From Polyangiaceae bacterium (GTDB taxonomy: Bacteria > Myxococcota_A > Polyangia > Polyangiales > Polyangiaceae): a stretch of 64,000 bases of DNA. The stretch is taken from positions 256,001 through 320,000 of the forward strand of contig JBILLK010000011.1 in the NCBI GenBank assembly GCA_044376115.1. The letters are read 5' to 3'. Positions 1-8,906 of this stretch are shown here, in pieces (position 1 is the stretch's first letter; the number at the start of each line of letters is the position of its first letter). Below the pieces are notes generated by a model. The model did no database searches. It was given only the letters and a program-made list of their open reading frames with translations, and was not told the DNA's origin. The position numbers were made by a program, and so were the translations under genes.

Positions 1-393
1 GGGGTCATGTTGGGGGGCTCGCTAGTCGGCCTTCCTTGGATGGCCCTCAACGGCTTTGCGATGGGATCGGCCCACCGCAAGCGCGAGGCTGGGATCGCGC
101 TCGCTACGCTGCTCGCCACGGTGGCGGCGTTGCTGCTGCTATTGGGGCTCAACGCTACGGGAGTCATCTCCGCCCGAACGTTCAACTACCTTGGCCTCTT
201 GGTCCACGCTTTGAGGCTCGCGGGCGCCTATATTGTATATCAGTCCCAGCAACGGAGCTTCGAGCTATACCTTTATTTTGGTGGAGTCGCCTCGAATCGC
301 GGCTGGCTGTTTGCGTTCCTGTTGATGGCGCTGCGTCTCGTGCTCGCATCAGCGTTGCGGCAGGGGCCGCTGTCGGTGTTGGCGAGGTATTGA
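1..393 (+). CDS. membrane protein, 5' end probably outside the window
   Basis: Frame is open from base 1, with several hydrophobic segments; its TGA overlaps the next ATG (TGATG at 391-395). Confidence 0.6.
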   Translation, partial: GVMLGGSLVGLPWMALNGFAMGSAHRKREAGIALATLLATVAALLLLLGLNATGVISARTFNYLGLLVHALRLAGAYIVYQSQQRSFELYLYFGGVASNRGWLFAFLLMALRLVLASALRQGPLSVLARY

Positions 394-1319
394 TGGAGGA
401 CGTCGAGCGACTGTTGCAGCGGGGGCGCGAGCACTTTGCGCGCGGCTCGCACGCCTTGGCCGTCGAAGCATTTCGGCAGGCGCTGACCGAGGACCCTGAC
501 AACTCCGAAGGCCATGCGCTACTCGCGCTGACCTTGCACGCCTTACGTCGCCTCGCTGCCGCCGAGGTCGAGGCGGGGCGGGCCCTGACGCTGGATCCGG
601 AGTCAGCCTTCGCTCACCTAGCGATGGCTAGGGTTCTGGTCGGGGCGCGTCGTTTCGACGCCGCGCGAGCCCACACCGAAACAGCCGTTTCGCTCGAGCA
701 TGAGAGCGCCTTCGTGCTGACGACCGCAGCGAGCGTTCGTTTCGCGATGGCGGAATATGAAGCGGCGCACGAATGGGCGGTGCGAGCGCGGGAGATCGAG
801 CCCGAGGACGCTGGGGTGTTGGCACTGCTCGGGAGCATCGCTTACGCCCGCGGTGACTACCCGAGTGCGGGTCAGTTCGCTTTATCCGCGTTGACCTTGG
901 AGCCCGACAACGTCGACGCGCTCGTGCTCCAGGGACTGCTCCTGCTTCGACGTGGCGCCGTGAACGAGGCGCGTGAGCATGCTCTCGCCGCTCTGCGCGA
1001 GGAACCGAATGATCGTGACGCGCTTTCGCTGCTGGTCGCCGTGAAGGCGCGGTCGAGTCTGACGCTCGGCTTATGGTGGCGAATCAATACCTTTCTTTGG
1101 CAGGGCAAGACCTCGCGGGCCATCGTGCTCTTGATCGGCATGTTCCTAACCACCAACGCCGCGCGGATGTTGCTCGATGACTACGGATTGCATAGGGCGT
1201 CAGAGCTAGTTGGCTATTTTTGGTTGGCGCTCTGTCTCTATTCATGGGTTGGCCCTGCGCGCTTCCAGGCCGCCCTCGAAAAGGAACTGGCTCCGGTCCA
1301 CTTGGACCCGCGCTTCTAG
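393..1319 (+). CDS. TPR-repeat protein with two C-terminal TM helices
   Basis: ATG at 393 (MEDVERLLQRG); repeated TPR-like units ending ALTEDPDN, ALTLDPES, AREIEPED, ALTLEPDN, ALREEPND. Confidence 0.85.
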   Translation: MEDVERLLQRGREHFARGSHALAVEAFRQALTEDPDNSEGHALLALTLHALRRLAAAEVEAGRALTLDPESAFAHLAMARVLVGARRFDAARAHTETAVSLEHESAFVLTTAASVRFAMAEYEAAHEWAVRAREIEPEDAGVLALLGSIAYARGDYPSAGQFALSALTLEPDNVDALVLQGLLLLRRGAVNEAREHALAALREEPNDRDALSLLVAVKARSSLTLGLWWRINTFLWQGKTSRAIVLLIGMFLTTNAARMLLDDYGLHRASELVGYFWLALCLYSWVGPARFQAALEKELAPVHLDPRF

Positions 1320-1323
1320 GCAT

Positions 1324-2154
1324 ATGGCACGCCACACTCGTTGGGAGCACCCCACGCTCGGCCCGTTGACCGATGACAGACTGACTGTCGACTATCGAGT
1401 ATGGCAGCGCAAGCATGGGCATCGCTTCTCGTCTGACGACGTCGTCACGGCCTTCATGGCTCATCAAGCGCTGCCAGCCCCGTCCACCCATATCGACCTC
1501 GGGACCGGGCTCGGATCGGTGCTCCTGCTATTGGCCTGGAAGAACCAAGAGGTTCGCTCGGTGGGGATTGAGGCGCAGCTCACGAGCTTCACCCTGCTGC
1601 TCGAGAACGTGGCCCGCAATCACCTGGCCCATCGTGTTCGAACGGTCTTCGGAGACTTGCGCGAGCCGGAGGTTCTAGCGCAGGCAACGGAGGGCTTTGG
1701 CACCTTCGAGTTGGTTACCGGCACCCCGCCTTACTTCCCGCCAGGCAAGGCCTCCGATGCTCGGGACCGGCAGCGGACCCTCGCGCGGATAGAAGAGCGT
1801 GGTGGTGTTGAAGCGTATATCGACTCCGCTTGCAAAGTTCTTTCGCCGAGCGGCACGTTTGTACTCTGCGGCGACAGTCGCGCGGAGTCGCGGGTACGAG
1901 CGCACTTGGCAGCGACGCCGCTGTCCCTCGTCTCGCAGTGTGACGTCATCCCGCGCTTCGGCCGGCCGGCGCTCTTTTCAGTCTGGACGATTCGCTGGCG
2001 CGACGCGGTTCCGCCGACTGAGGCAGACCCGTTGCAACGGTCAGCTCAGGTCGCCCCGCTAAACACCTTCACCCTTCGCGACGTTGACGGTTCACCGACC
2101 CCGGACGCGGCTCGCCTTCGCGTCTTTTCGGGCTTTGATAAGCCGGACCTCTAA
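1324..2154 (+). CDS. SAM-dependent methyltransferase, tRNA1(Val) A37 N6-methylase-like
   Basis: GHRFSSDD, DLGTGLGSV (motif I), GIEAQ and GTPPYF (NPPY-like motif IV). Confidence 0.75.
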   Translation: MARHTRWEHPTLGPLTDDRLTVDYRVWQRKHGHRFSSDDVVTAFMAHQALPAPSTHIDLGTGLGSVLLLLAWKNQEVRSVGIEAQLTSFTLLLENVARNHLAHRVRTVFGDLREPEVLAQATEGFGTFELVTGTPPYFPPGKASDARDRQRTLARIEERGGVEAYIDSACKVLSPSGTFVLCGDSRAESRVRAHLAATPLSLVSQCDVIPRFGRPALFSVWTIRWRDAVPPTEADPLQRSAQVAPLNTFTLRDVDGSPTPDAARLRVFSGFDKPDL

Positions 2155-2156
2155 CG

Positions 2157-2237
2157 TCGGCGCGAGTCATTCCGCCGCGCTCTCGCGGAGAAACGGCCTC
2201 AGGCCCCTTCCTCATAGGAAGTTCGGCGCGAGTCATT
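2157..2237 (+). repeat. 15-bp direct repeat TCGGCGCGAGTCATT (2157-2171 and 2223-2237) upstream of the NCS1 gene
   Basis: Two identical copies 66 bp apart within a ~120-bp intergenic region. Confidence 0.7.
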
Positions 2238-2274
2238 TCGTGTCGTCTGTTGGTTATCGCTAAGATGGCCCGCG

Positions 2275-3792
2275 ATGGCGACCGTCACCTCATCAGGCGT
2301 AAGCGAAGCAAATGGCATTGTCTCGCTGACGAGCGAGCTTCAATCCGACTACATCAATCACGACCTAGCGCCGACCAAGCTCGCTGAGCGCAAGTGGGGG
2401 GTGTTCAGCATCGCCGCTCTGTGGATCTCGATGTCTGCTTGTGTTCCGACGTACACCCTTGCTTCTTCGCTGATTCAGGGAGGTATGAATTGGTGGCAGG
2501 CCGTGCTGACGATCTTCGCCGGCAACACCGTCGTGCTCGTGCCCATGATTCTCAACGCTCACGCCGGCACACGCTACGGGATCCCGTTTCCTGTCTATTG
2601 CCGAGCTGCGTTCGGAATGCTTGGCGCCAATATCCCCGCAATCTTGAGGGCATTGGTGGCCTGCGGTTGGTTCGGCATTCAGGCGTGGATTGGAGGGGCT
2701 GCCATCTATTCTATTCTAGCGGTGTTTATTCCGTCCTTCGCTCAGCAGGCACCCCTTCCGGTCCTGGGCATTAGCGTTAGCCAGTTCGGCTGTTTTATGC
2801 TGTTTTGGGCGCTCAATGTGTTGGTCATCTACAAGGGGATCGACTCGATTCGGCTGCTGCTCAACGTAAAAGCGCCGCTCTTGATCGCGATGGGGCTGTT
2901 ACTACTCTTTTGGGCGACGAGTAGAGCAGGGGGCTTCGGCCCGATGCTATCGACGCCGTCTCAGTTTGCTCCGGGAGGCAGTAAGGAAGGCCAGTTCTTC
3001 GACTTCTTCTTCCCGGCGTTGACTGGAGCGGTTGGCTTCTGGGCAACGCTCTCGCTAAACATCCCCGACTTTACTCGCTATGCAAAGTCGCAGAGAGACC
3101 AGGTCCTCGGGCAGACCTTGGGCTTGCCGACGACGATGGGGCTCTACTCATTTATCGGTGTCGCGGTCACCTCGGCTACCGTGGTTATTTACGGTGAGGC
3201 GGTATGGGACCCGGTGGTACTGGTCGCCAAGTTCGATCACCCAGCCCTATTGGTGGTCGGTCTTGGCTCGCTCGCGCTGGCGACCCTAGCGACGAACATT
3301 GCTGCCAATGTCGTAAGCCCAGCCAATGACTTTGCGAACATCGCGCCCAAGTCAATCTCGTTCAAAATGGGCGGTTACATCACGGCCTTTATCGGCATCA
3401 TCATCATGCCGTGGAAGCTCGTGGCTGATCCGAGCGGCTATATCTTTACGTGGCTCATTGGGTATTCAGCGCTGCTCGGTTCCATCGGTGGAGTGCTGAT
3501 CGGAGATTACTTCATTGTTCGCAAGCGTTCGCTCGACTTGCCCGGCCTCTATGCAGGGGAGGGTGGGCCCTATTGGTACAAAAGCGGCTTCAATCCGGCC
3601 GCGGCGATCGCGCTGATGCTGGGCATTCTGCCCAACCTCCCGGGGTTTCTGACGGTGGTCAAGTGGGCCAGCTTCGGCGAGTTTTGGACCAACCTGTACA
3701 ACTACGCCTGGTTCGTCGGTTTCTTTATCTCCATGGGCTCGTACGTGCTCCTCAGCGCACTCGGCCGGACCAAGCCGGCCGCACGAACCTAG
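2275..3792 (+). CDS. NCS1 family nucleobase:cation symporter (allantoin/uracil/cytosine permease-like)
   Basis: NHDLAP, GTRYGIPFPV, ACGWFGIQAWIGG, WATLSLNIPDFTRYA, TNIAANVVSPAND, YNYAWFVG; about 12 TM segments. Confidence 0.92.
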   Translation: MATVTSSGVSEANGIVSLTSELQSDYINHDLAPTKLAERKWGVFSIAALWISMSACVPTYTLASSLIQGGMNWWQAVLTIFAGNTVVLVPMILNAHAGTRYGIPFPVYCRAAFGMLGANIPAILRALVACGWFGIQAWIGGAAIYSILAVFIPSFAQQAPLPVLGISVSQFGCFMLFWALNVLVIYKGIDSIRLLLNVKAPLLIAMGLLLLFWATSRAGGFGPMLSTPSQFAPGGSKEGQFFDFFFPALTGAVGFWATLSLNIPDFTRYAKSQRDQVLGQTLGLPTTMGLYSFIGVAVTSATVVIYGEAVWDPVVLVAKFDHPALLVVGLGSLALATLATNIAANVVSPANDFANIAPKSISFKMGGYITAFIGIIIMPWKLVADPSGYIFTWLIGYSALLGSIGGVLIGDYFIVRKRSLDLPGLYAGEGGPYWYKSGFNPAAAIALMLGILPNLPGFLTVVKWASFGEFWTNLYNYAWFVGFFISMGSYVLLSALGRTKPAART

Positions 3793-3796
3793 GGGA

Positions 3797-5338
3797 TCAC
3801 TCGGAGGTGGCCGGCCTTATGCTTACAAGCTTGGCGTCGGCCTCACGGAACCGCTCTGCAACGGCACGCACAAACGCGCCCATCCAGGGGTTGCGGTCGA
3901 GCTCGCGGTCCAGTGCGTCACGGGTGACGATCTTTACGCTGCAGGGCTCGAGGGCAACGACCGTCGCTGAGCGCGGCTTCGCAGTAAACACAGCCGTCTC
4001 CCCGAAGACGTCTCCCGGCTCCAGCACGCGCAGCGGCACCTTTTGGCCGTCGATGGTCTTGAACACCTCGCAGCGGCCGCTCGCGAGTACGTAGGCAACG
4101 GAGCCGGGCTCGCCTTCAGCGATGATGGTCTCTCCGGCAGCATAGGTCCTCGTCCGGAACCAGCCGCCTCCCCGCAAGAAGGCCTCAATGTCTTGTCCGA
4201 GTTCTTCTGCGTTGGCGTAGCGGTCCTCGGGATCTGGCGAAAGCGCTTTCATGGTGATGCGCGCGAGCTCGGGCGGTGCGTCTTCCAGCGCGCTCTCATC
4301 GATTTCGCAGCGCCTTGCCTTCTCGAGCGAGGCAATGCTGGTCGCGGCGTGGTGCGGCCCCTTGCCGGTCAGGATCGCGTACAGCATCGCGCCTAGACCG
4401 AAGATGTCTGTTCGTGGGCTGAGCGCCGATACGTGCCCATGCGCTTGCTCCGGGGCCATGAACGATGGCGTTCCAGCGATCTCGTGTTTGGGCGGCTCCA
4501 CACTGTCAGAGGGCCGACCGCCGTTGAGCACGAGCGCTAGTCCCCAATCCATCACGTACACCTGACCGTGACTACCAATTAGAATGTTGTCCGGCTTGAG
4601 GTCGCGGTGAATCACCCTGCGGCTATGTGCAAAGGCTATCGCCTCGCAGACGCGGGTGAACGCGCCTAGCAGTTTCTCGAGCGGGCGACCGTACAAGCCA
4701 AACTTGTGATGCGTCGCGATCAGGAAGGCCAGCGACTCGCCGCGCACGAGCTTCATAGTGAAGTAAGACTTCGAGCCGTCGGCCTCCACGCCGAAGTCGT
4801 GTACCGGCACGACTCCCGGGTGGTCGAGTTGCCCGGTGATCTGGGCTTCCTCGAGAAAGCGCAACGTACCGACGGTCCCCGAACGCTCGGACTCGAGGAC
4901 TTTCATCGCCGCTTCCCGACCAAGAACGCGGTCGAAGACGCGGGTCACTACGCCCATGCCGCCGGCTCCGAGAAAGTCGATTTCATCGTAGCGACCTGGC
5001 TGGGACATCTTCGCGATCTCCGCGAGCCTCGGGTTTTGAGCTTCGCGTCGCGGCGTTGTTGCTTTGGTCTCCTCGCCTTGCGCGGCTTGCGCCCGTGGGC
5101 TTGCGTTGCGGGTCTCACTCTTGTCGGGTGAGCGCTCTGCCTCGCCTTCGACCTGCGGTGCCCGCGTCGAAAGGAAGATCGACAGGGCGGAGCTGAGTCC
5201 TGGAGATGCAAGCGTCGCGGCTGTTCCCAGGGCTCGAACGAAGTCTTCCGGAATCGTGCATTGAACCGACGGAGTGGCCTCGCCTTCCTCCGCGGCCTTA
5301 CGCTCGCGTGGTTTCGAGCGCTCTGATTCTGCTGTCAC
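3797..5338 (-). CDS. Ser/Thr protein kinase with C-terminal cyclic-nucleotide-binding domain
   Basis: GAGGMGVV, AAMK, HRDLKPDN, DWG, GTPSFMAPEQ; C-terminal GETIIAEGEPG...GDVFGE...PRSATVVA. Confidence 0.9.
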   Translation of the reverse strand: MTAESERSKPRERKAAEEGEATPSVQCTIPEDFVRALGTAATLASPGLSSALSIFLSTRAPQVEGEAERSPDKSETRNASPRAQAAQGEETKATTPRREAQNPRLAEIAKMSQPGRYDEIDFLGAGGMGVVTRVFDRVLGREAAMKVLESERSGTVGTLRFLEEAQITGQLDHPGVVPVHDFGVEADGSKSYFTMKLVRGESLAFLIATHHKFGLYGRPLEKLLGAFTRVCEAIAFAHSRRVIHRDLKPDNILIGSHGQVYVMDWGLALVLNGGRPSDSVEPPKHEIAGTPSFMAPEQAHGHVSALSPRTDIFGLGAMLYAILTGKGPHHAATSIASLEKARRCEIDESALEDAPPELARITMKALSPDPEDRYANAEELGQDIEAFLRGGGWFRTRTYAAGETIIAEGEPGSVAYVLASGRCEVFKTIDGQKVPLRVLEPGDVFGETAVFTAKPRSATVVALEPCSVKIVTRDALDRELDRNPWMGAFVRAVAERFREADAKLVSIRPATSE

Positions 5339-5423
5339 CTTTGCTCGCTCCTCCGCCCGAAGCTACCACGCCGCGTCCCGCGTTGAGAGCGTACGTTTTT
5401 GCGCACCTTTGCTCTAGGTGCCC

Positions 5424-6281
5424 CTACTTGGCTGCTCGCGGCCGGCGGCGACGCACCACGCGAGGTGCGTCGGCTAGCAGCATCAGCCGCAGGGCCCGCG
5501 CCGCAGCGGACAACCGCTCGGCCCCGCGCGATATCAGGTGCAGTGGTCGCGCCAGTGGGGTGCGCCGGTCCGGCAGCTCGACGAGCCTACCGAGGCTCAG
5601 GTCCGTCGCTACGGCGGTGCGGCTTATCAGTGCAACCCCGAGTCCTGCGCGCACGCTGCCCTTCACGGTCGAAATACTCGCTAGCTCCATCGCGACAGGA
5701 AGCTCAGGGAAGTAACGATCGACCAGCTCCCTCACCGCGCTGCCTTGGGTGAAGGTGATGAGCGGTAGCGACGCGGTCTCGACGGCTGGGGGGCCAACCA
5801 GAATGACCGTCTCATCGCGGAACAACTCCCCTCGCTTGGGCGAGGTCGCTACCACCAGATCGAGCTCGCCCGCGTCAAAGGCGGTAACCGCCAATTGTTC
5901 GGGCATCTCACGCAGTCGGACGGTGACCCCTGGGTGCTCGCGACGGAAGGCAGACAACACGGGCGGTAGCAGGTAACTGCAAGCGGTTGACCCGCCACCG
6001 ACCCGCACCTCGCCGGCCTCCAGCCGCTCGAGGGCGAGCACCGCACGTTCGCCCTCGTCGAGCGCGACGACAGCCGCGCGAGCGTGAGGCAAGAGCGCGC
6101 TGCCAGCTGCGGTGAGCCTCGCGCCGTACCGCCCGCGATCAAAGAGCCGGCAGTCCAAGGAATCCTCGAGTCTGCGAATCGAAGCTGTCAAGGCCGGTTG
6201 CGTTACGCGCGCTTTGCGAGCTGCAAGCGTGAAGGTTCCGGCTTCGGCGATCAGCAGAAAGTGGCGAATCGGCTCAAGCAT
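5424..6281 (-). CDS. LysR family transcriptional regulator
   Basis: N-terminal HTH FTLAARKARVTQPALTASIRRLE...LFDR...LTAAG; substrate-binding domain ending VRAGLGVALIS. Confidence 0.93.
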   Translation of the reverse strand: MLEPIRHFLLIAEAGTFTLAARKARVTQPALTASIRRLEDSLDCRLFDRGRYGARLTAAGSALLPHARAAVVALDEGERAVLALERLEAGEVRVGGGSTACSYLLPPVLSAFRREHPGVTVRLREMPEQLAVTAFDAGELDLVVATSPKRGELFRDETVILVGPPAVETASLPLITFTQGSAVRELVDRYFPELPVAMELASISTVKGSVRAGLGVALISRTAVATDLSLGRLVELPDRRTPLARPLHLISRGAERLSAAARALRLMLLADAPRVVRRRRPRAAK

Positions 6282-6294
6282 AACCAAATATTAT
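6280..6294. promoter_or_regulatory. putative LysR binding box ATAA-N7-TTAT
   Basis: ATAACCAAATATTAT is a T-N11-A dyad overlapping the lysR start codon, in the divergent lysR/tauE-like region. Confidence 0.6.
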
Positions 6295-6352
6295 CGAAAG
6301 AAGCCAAAAGCATCATTGGAAGTTGTTCTTCGTGGGCTCCAGAACCCTGACT

Positions 6353-7063
6353 ATGAGTTTGCTACTGGCCTTGGGAATCGTCGCGGGGATCCTTACGACC
6401 GTCGCGGGTATGGGCGGGGGCCTGCTGCTGGTTTCGGTGGTGGGACTGCTTCGCGGGCCCCATGAGGCGTTGGCGCTCACCTCACCAGCGTTGATGCTCT
6501 CCAACTTGCACCGGACCTGGATGTTCCGGGCCTCAGTCGATAGGCGAGTGGCGATGCTGGTGGCTGCCGGAACGGTCCCGGGTGCTCTGCTCGGGGGCTT
6601 ACTGTTGTCACGGCTACCCGAGCTTTGGGTTACAGGCTTGATGCTTGCGACGACGGTGGTTGCGCTGTTGCGGGCGCGGGGATTGGTGAAGCTGCGGGTG
6701 GGGCGAGGTGCTCTGTTCGCGGCGGGAAGCGCGATCGGTGCACTTGCTGCAACCTCGGGCGGGGCTGGTTTTCTGATTGCCCCGCTGTTGATGTCGAGCG
6801 GCCTGCGTGGTCAGGTCTACGTCGCGACCATCTCCTGTTGCGCCGTTGCCCTGCACCTGGGTCGAATCCTGGGCTATGGCCTATCCGGACTGCTTCGCCC
6901 GGAGCTTCTGCAACCTACAGCGGTATTGCTCGCAGGGCTCCTCATCGGCAACGTCATAGCGAGTCGGTTGCGTTCACGCATTCCGGGCACGTTGGAGCCA
7001 AAGTTGGAGTTGGCCGCGCTGTTGATTACGACGTTGTTCTCCCTCGTGGGCGTGGCGCGCTGA
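6353..7063 (+). CDS. TauE/SafE family (sulfite exporter-like) membrane protein
   Basis: AGMGGGLL, GTVPGALLGG, TSGGAGFLIAPLL; highly hydrophobic; divergent from lysR. Confidence 0.8.
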   Translation: MSLLLALGIVAGILTTVAGMGGGLLLVSVVGLLRGPHEALALTSPALMLSNLHRTWMFRASVDRRVAMLVAAGTVPGALLGGLLLSRLPELWVTGLMLATTVVALLRARGLVKLRVGRGALFAAGSAIGALAATSGGAGFLIAPLLMSSGLRGQVYVATISCCAVALHLGRILGYGLSGLLRPELLQPTAVLLAGLLIGNVIASRLRSRIPGTLEPKLELAALLITTLFSLVGVAR

Positions 7064-7087
7064 ACCGTGGTGTTGTGGGCGCGCCAG

Positions 7088-8881
7088 CTAGATAGTCAAC
7101 TCGCTGGAGTTGGGGATGCTGGAGGCCCGTAGGGGCGGGAGGATCGACGGCTGCTTGGCAAAGTCGCGCGGGAAGAGAAACCGCATGGTTGTCCCCACGC
7201 CTAGGCTCGTCTCAATCTCGATGCGGCCACCTAGCTCGCCACAGGCGGATTTGAGTGCGCTCATACCAACGCCGCGGCCGGAGGTCTCGTTGGCTTGGTC
7301 GCGGGTTGAGACGCCATCGGTAAAGAGGGCTTCGATCAGATCCTCTTTGCTCGTACACGGCAGCCCTGCCTTGTTGGCTTTTGAACGAATCGTCTCCCAG
7401 TCGATCCCAGCGCCATCATCACGCAGCTCGACAATGATGTACTCAGCCGTGCGCGAGGCAATGAACTCGAGCTTGGCTGTTGCAGCCTTCCCCAACTCTG
7501 CTCGCTGATTCGCCGACTCAATGCCGTGATCGACGGCATTGCGCACCGCATGAACGAAGGCCGCCCAGAACGGTGCAAAGTGTCCTTTGCGTACGCGGAT
7601 GCCGTCCGCTTTGACGGTGGTGGCGATGGGAGCCTTTTCGAGCCGCTCACCCAATGCGACGGCCTGCTGAGCGAAGTTGACGAGTTGTCCTTGGACAGGG
7701 GAGAGCGCGAGGTTTTGCAGCTTCTCAAGCACATCGTGGCGGGAGCCATTGGCCGCCATCATCTTGTAGACCTCGGCGTACTCGGTCTTGGTCCAGGTCA
7801 CACCACCACTATCACTGCCGAGCAGGCCGCGGATGCTCTGCTCGAGCTGTTGCCAGCGGCTCTGCAGTAGCGCCTTCTCGCCTGGCTCAAGCATCGTTCC
7901 ACTGCTTAGGACGCGGTCCTCGAACGTGTGACAGAGGGCTGCGACGCTGGTCAACCCAAACAGTGAGGAGGCGCCCTTCAAGGTGTGAAGTTCCCGCGCG
8001 AGGTAGGCCATGGATGTGGCGCGGCCCGTCACCAACGACTCGACGATACGCGTGGCTTCCTCGAAGAAGGAGCGGAAGGACTCGCGATCTTGCGAGAGTC
8101 GTGAAAGCGCAGCCGATAGCTCTCGTTGCTCTGCGTCTAGCCGCTCCCGTTCCAGTTCGGCTGTCAGATCCCGCATGACGACCAGAACGTTGGAGAGAAC
8201 CCCATTCTGCAGCAGCGGTTGATAGGTAACTCCGAGCGGGATGCCACTTACGTCGAGCCGCTTTGGCAGTTGGTCAATCGCGAGCTCGAGCGGCAGCACG
8301 TCATCCAACATCAGCTCCCAACAAACCTGAAGCTCCGCGGCATAACGAGGACACTTATCCGCAAGGAAGTCCCATAGCTTCGTGTCGGGCGCTGGCGCTC
8401 CAAGCCAGCGCGTGAGCGCAGCTGAACATTGAGTCGCCATGACCCCCGAGGCCTCGACCGTCACGAGCCCGTCGGAGACATTGTCCAGTAAGAAGCGTTG
8501 GGCGCGTTGCGCAGCCTCGAGATTGGAGATGTCACCAAATGCCGCCATGATGCGGCCAGGCCTTAGCTTCAAGAGGGTCAGCGTGAGCACCAAGGGCTCG
8601 CCGGACTCGCGTTGAATCGGGATGCGGTAGCCCTCACAGATCGGCCCGCGCTCCTCCTCGAAGCCGCTGATTAATCCTCGAATGCCGCTGTCAACGGTGT
8701 CGAGAATGTCCAATAGATTGGTGAGCTCCGGCGTGGGGGCAAACTCCATCAGCAGGTTGGCGCCCATCGAGTTCATCATGTCGATCGCCCCAGACTCGTC
8801 GATGCGGGCTAGTGCGAACGGACTGAGGTAAACAAACTCGAGCAGCTCTTCGTGCTGCTGATTCAGATCGATTTCCTGCAT
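7088..8881 (-). CDS. CheA-like histidine kinase, PAS-PAS-Hpt-HATPase, no CheW domain
   Basis: Hpt ELHTLKGASSLFG; CheA-type N box HAVRNAVDHGIE; DDGAGID; GVSTRDQANETSGRGVGM; GGRIEIETSLGVGTT; the protein ends shortly afterwards. Confidence 0.88.
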   Translation of the reverse strand: MQEIDLNQQHEELLEFVYLSPFALARIDESGAIDMMNSMGANLLMEFAPTPELTNLLDILDTVDSGIRGLISGFEEERGPICEGYRIPIQRESGEPLVLTLTLLKLRPGRIMAAFGDISNLEAAQRAQRFLLDNVSDGLVTVEASGVMATQCSAALTRWLGAPAPDTKLWDFLADKCPRYAAELQVCWELMLDDVLPLELAIDQLPKRLDVSGIPLGVTYQPLLQNGVLSNVLVVMRDLTAELERERLDAEQRELSAALSRLSQDRESFRSFFEEATRIVESLVTGRATSMAYLARELHTLKGASSLFGLTSVAALCHTFEDRVLSSGTMLEPGEKALLQSRWQQLEQSIRGLLGSDSGGVTWTKTEYAEVYKMMAANGSRHDVLEKLQNLALSPVQGQLVNFAQQAVALGERLEKAPIATTVKADGIRVRKGHFAPFWAAFVHAVRNAVDHGIESANQRAELGKAATAKLEFIASRTAEYIIVELRDDGAGIDWETIRSKANKAGLPCTSKEDLIEALFTDGVSTRDQANETSGRGVGMSALKSACGELGGRIEIETSLGVGTTMRFLFPRDFAKQPSILPPLRASSIPNSSELTI

Positions 8882-8906
8882 GGAAGTGCCCTTTCAAGTG
8901 TCTAGT

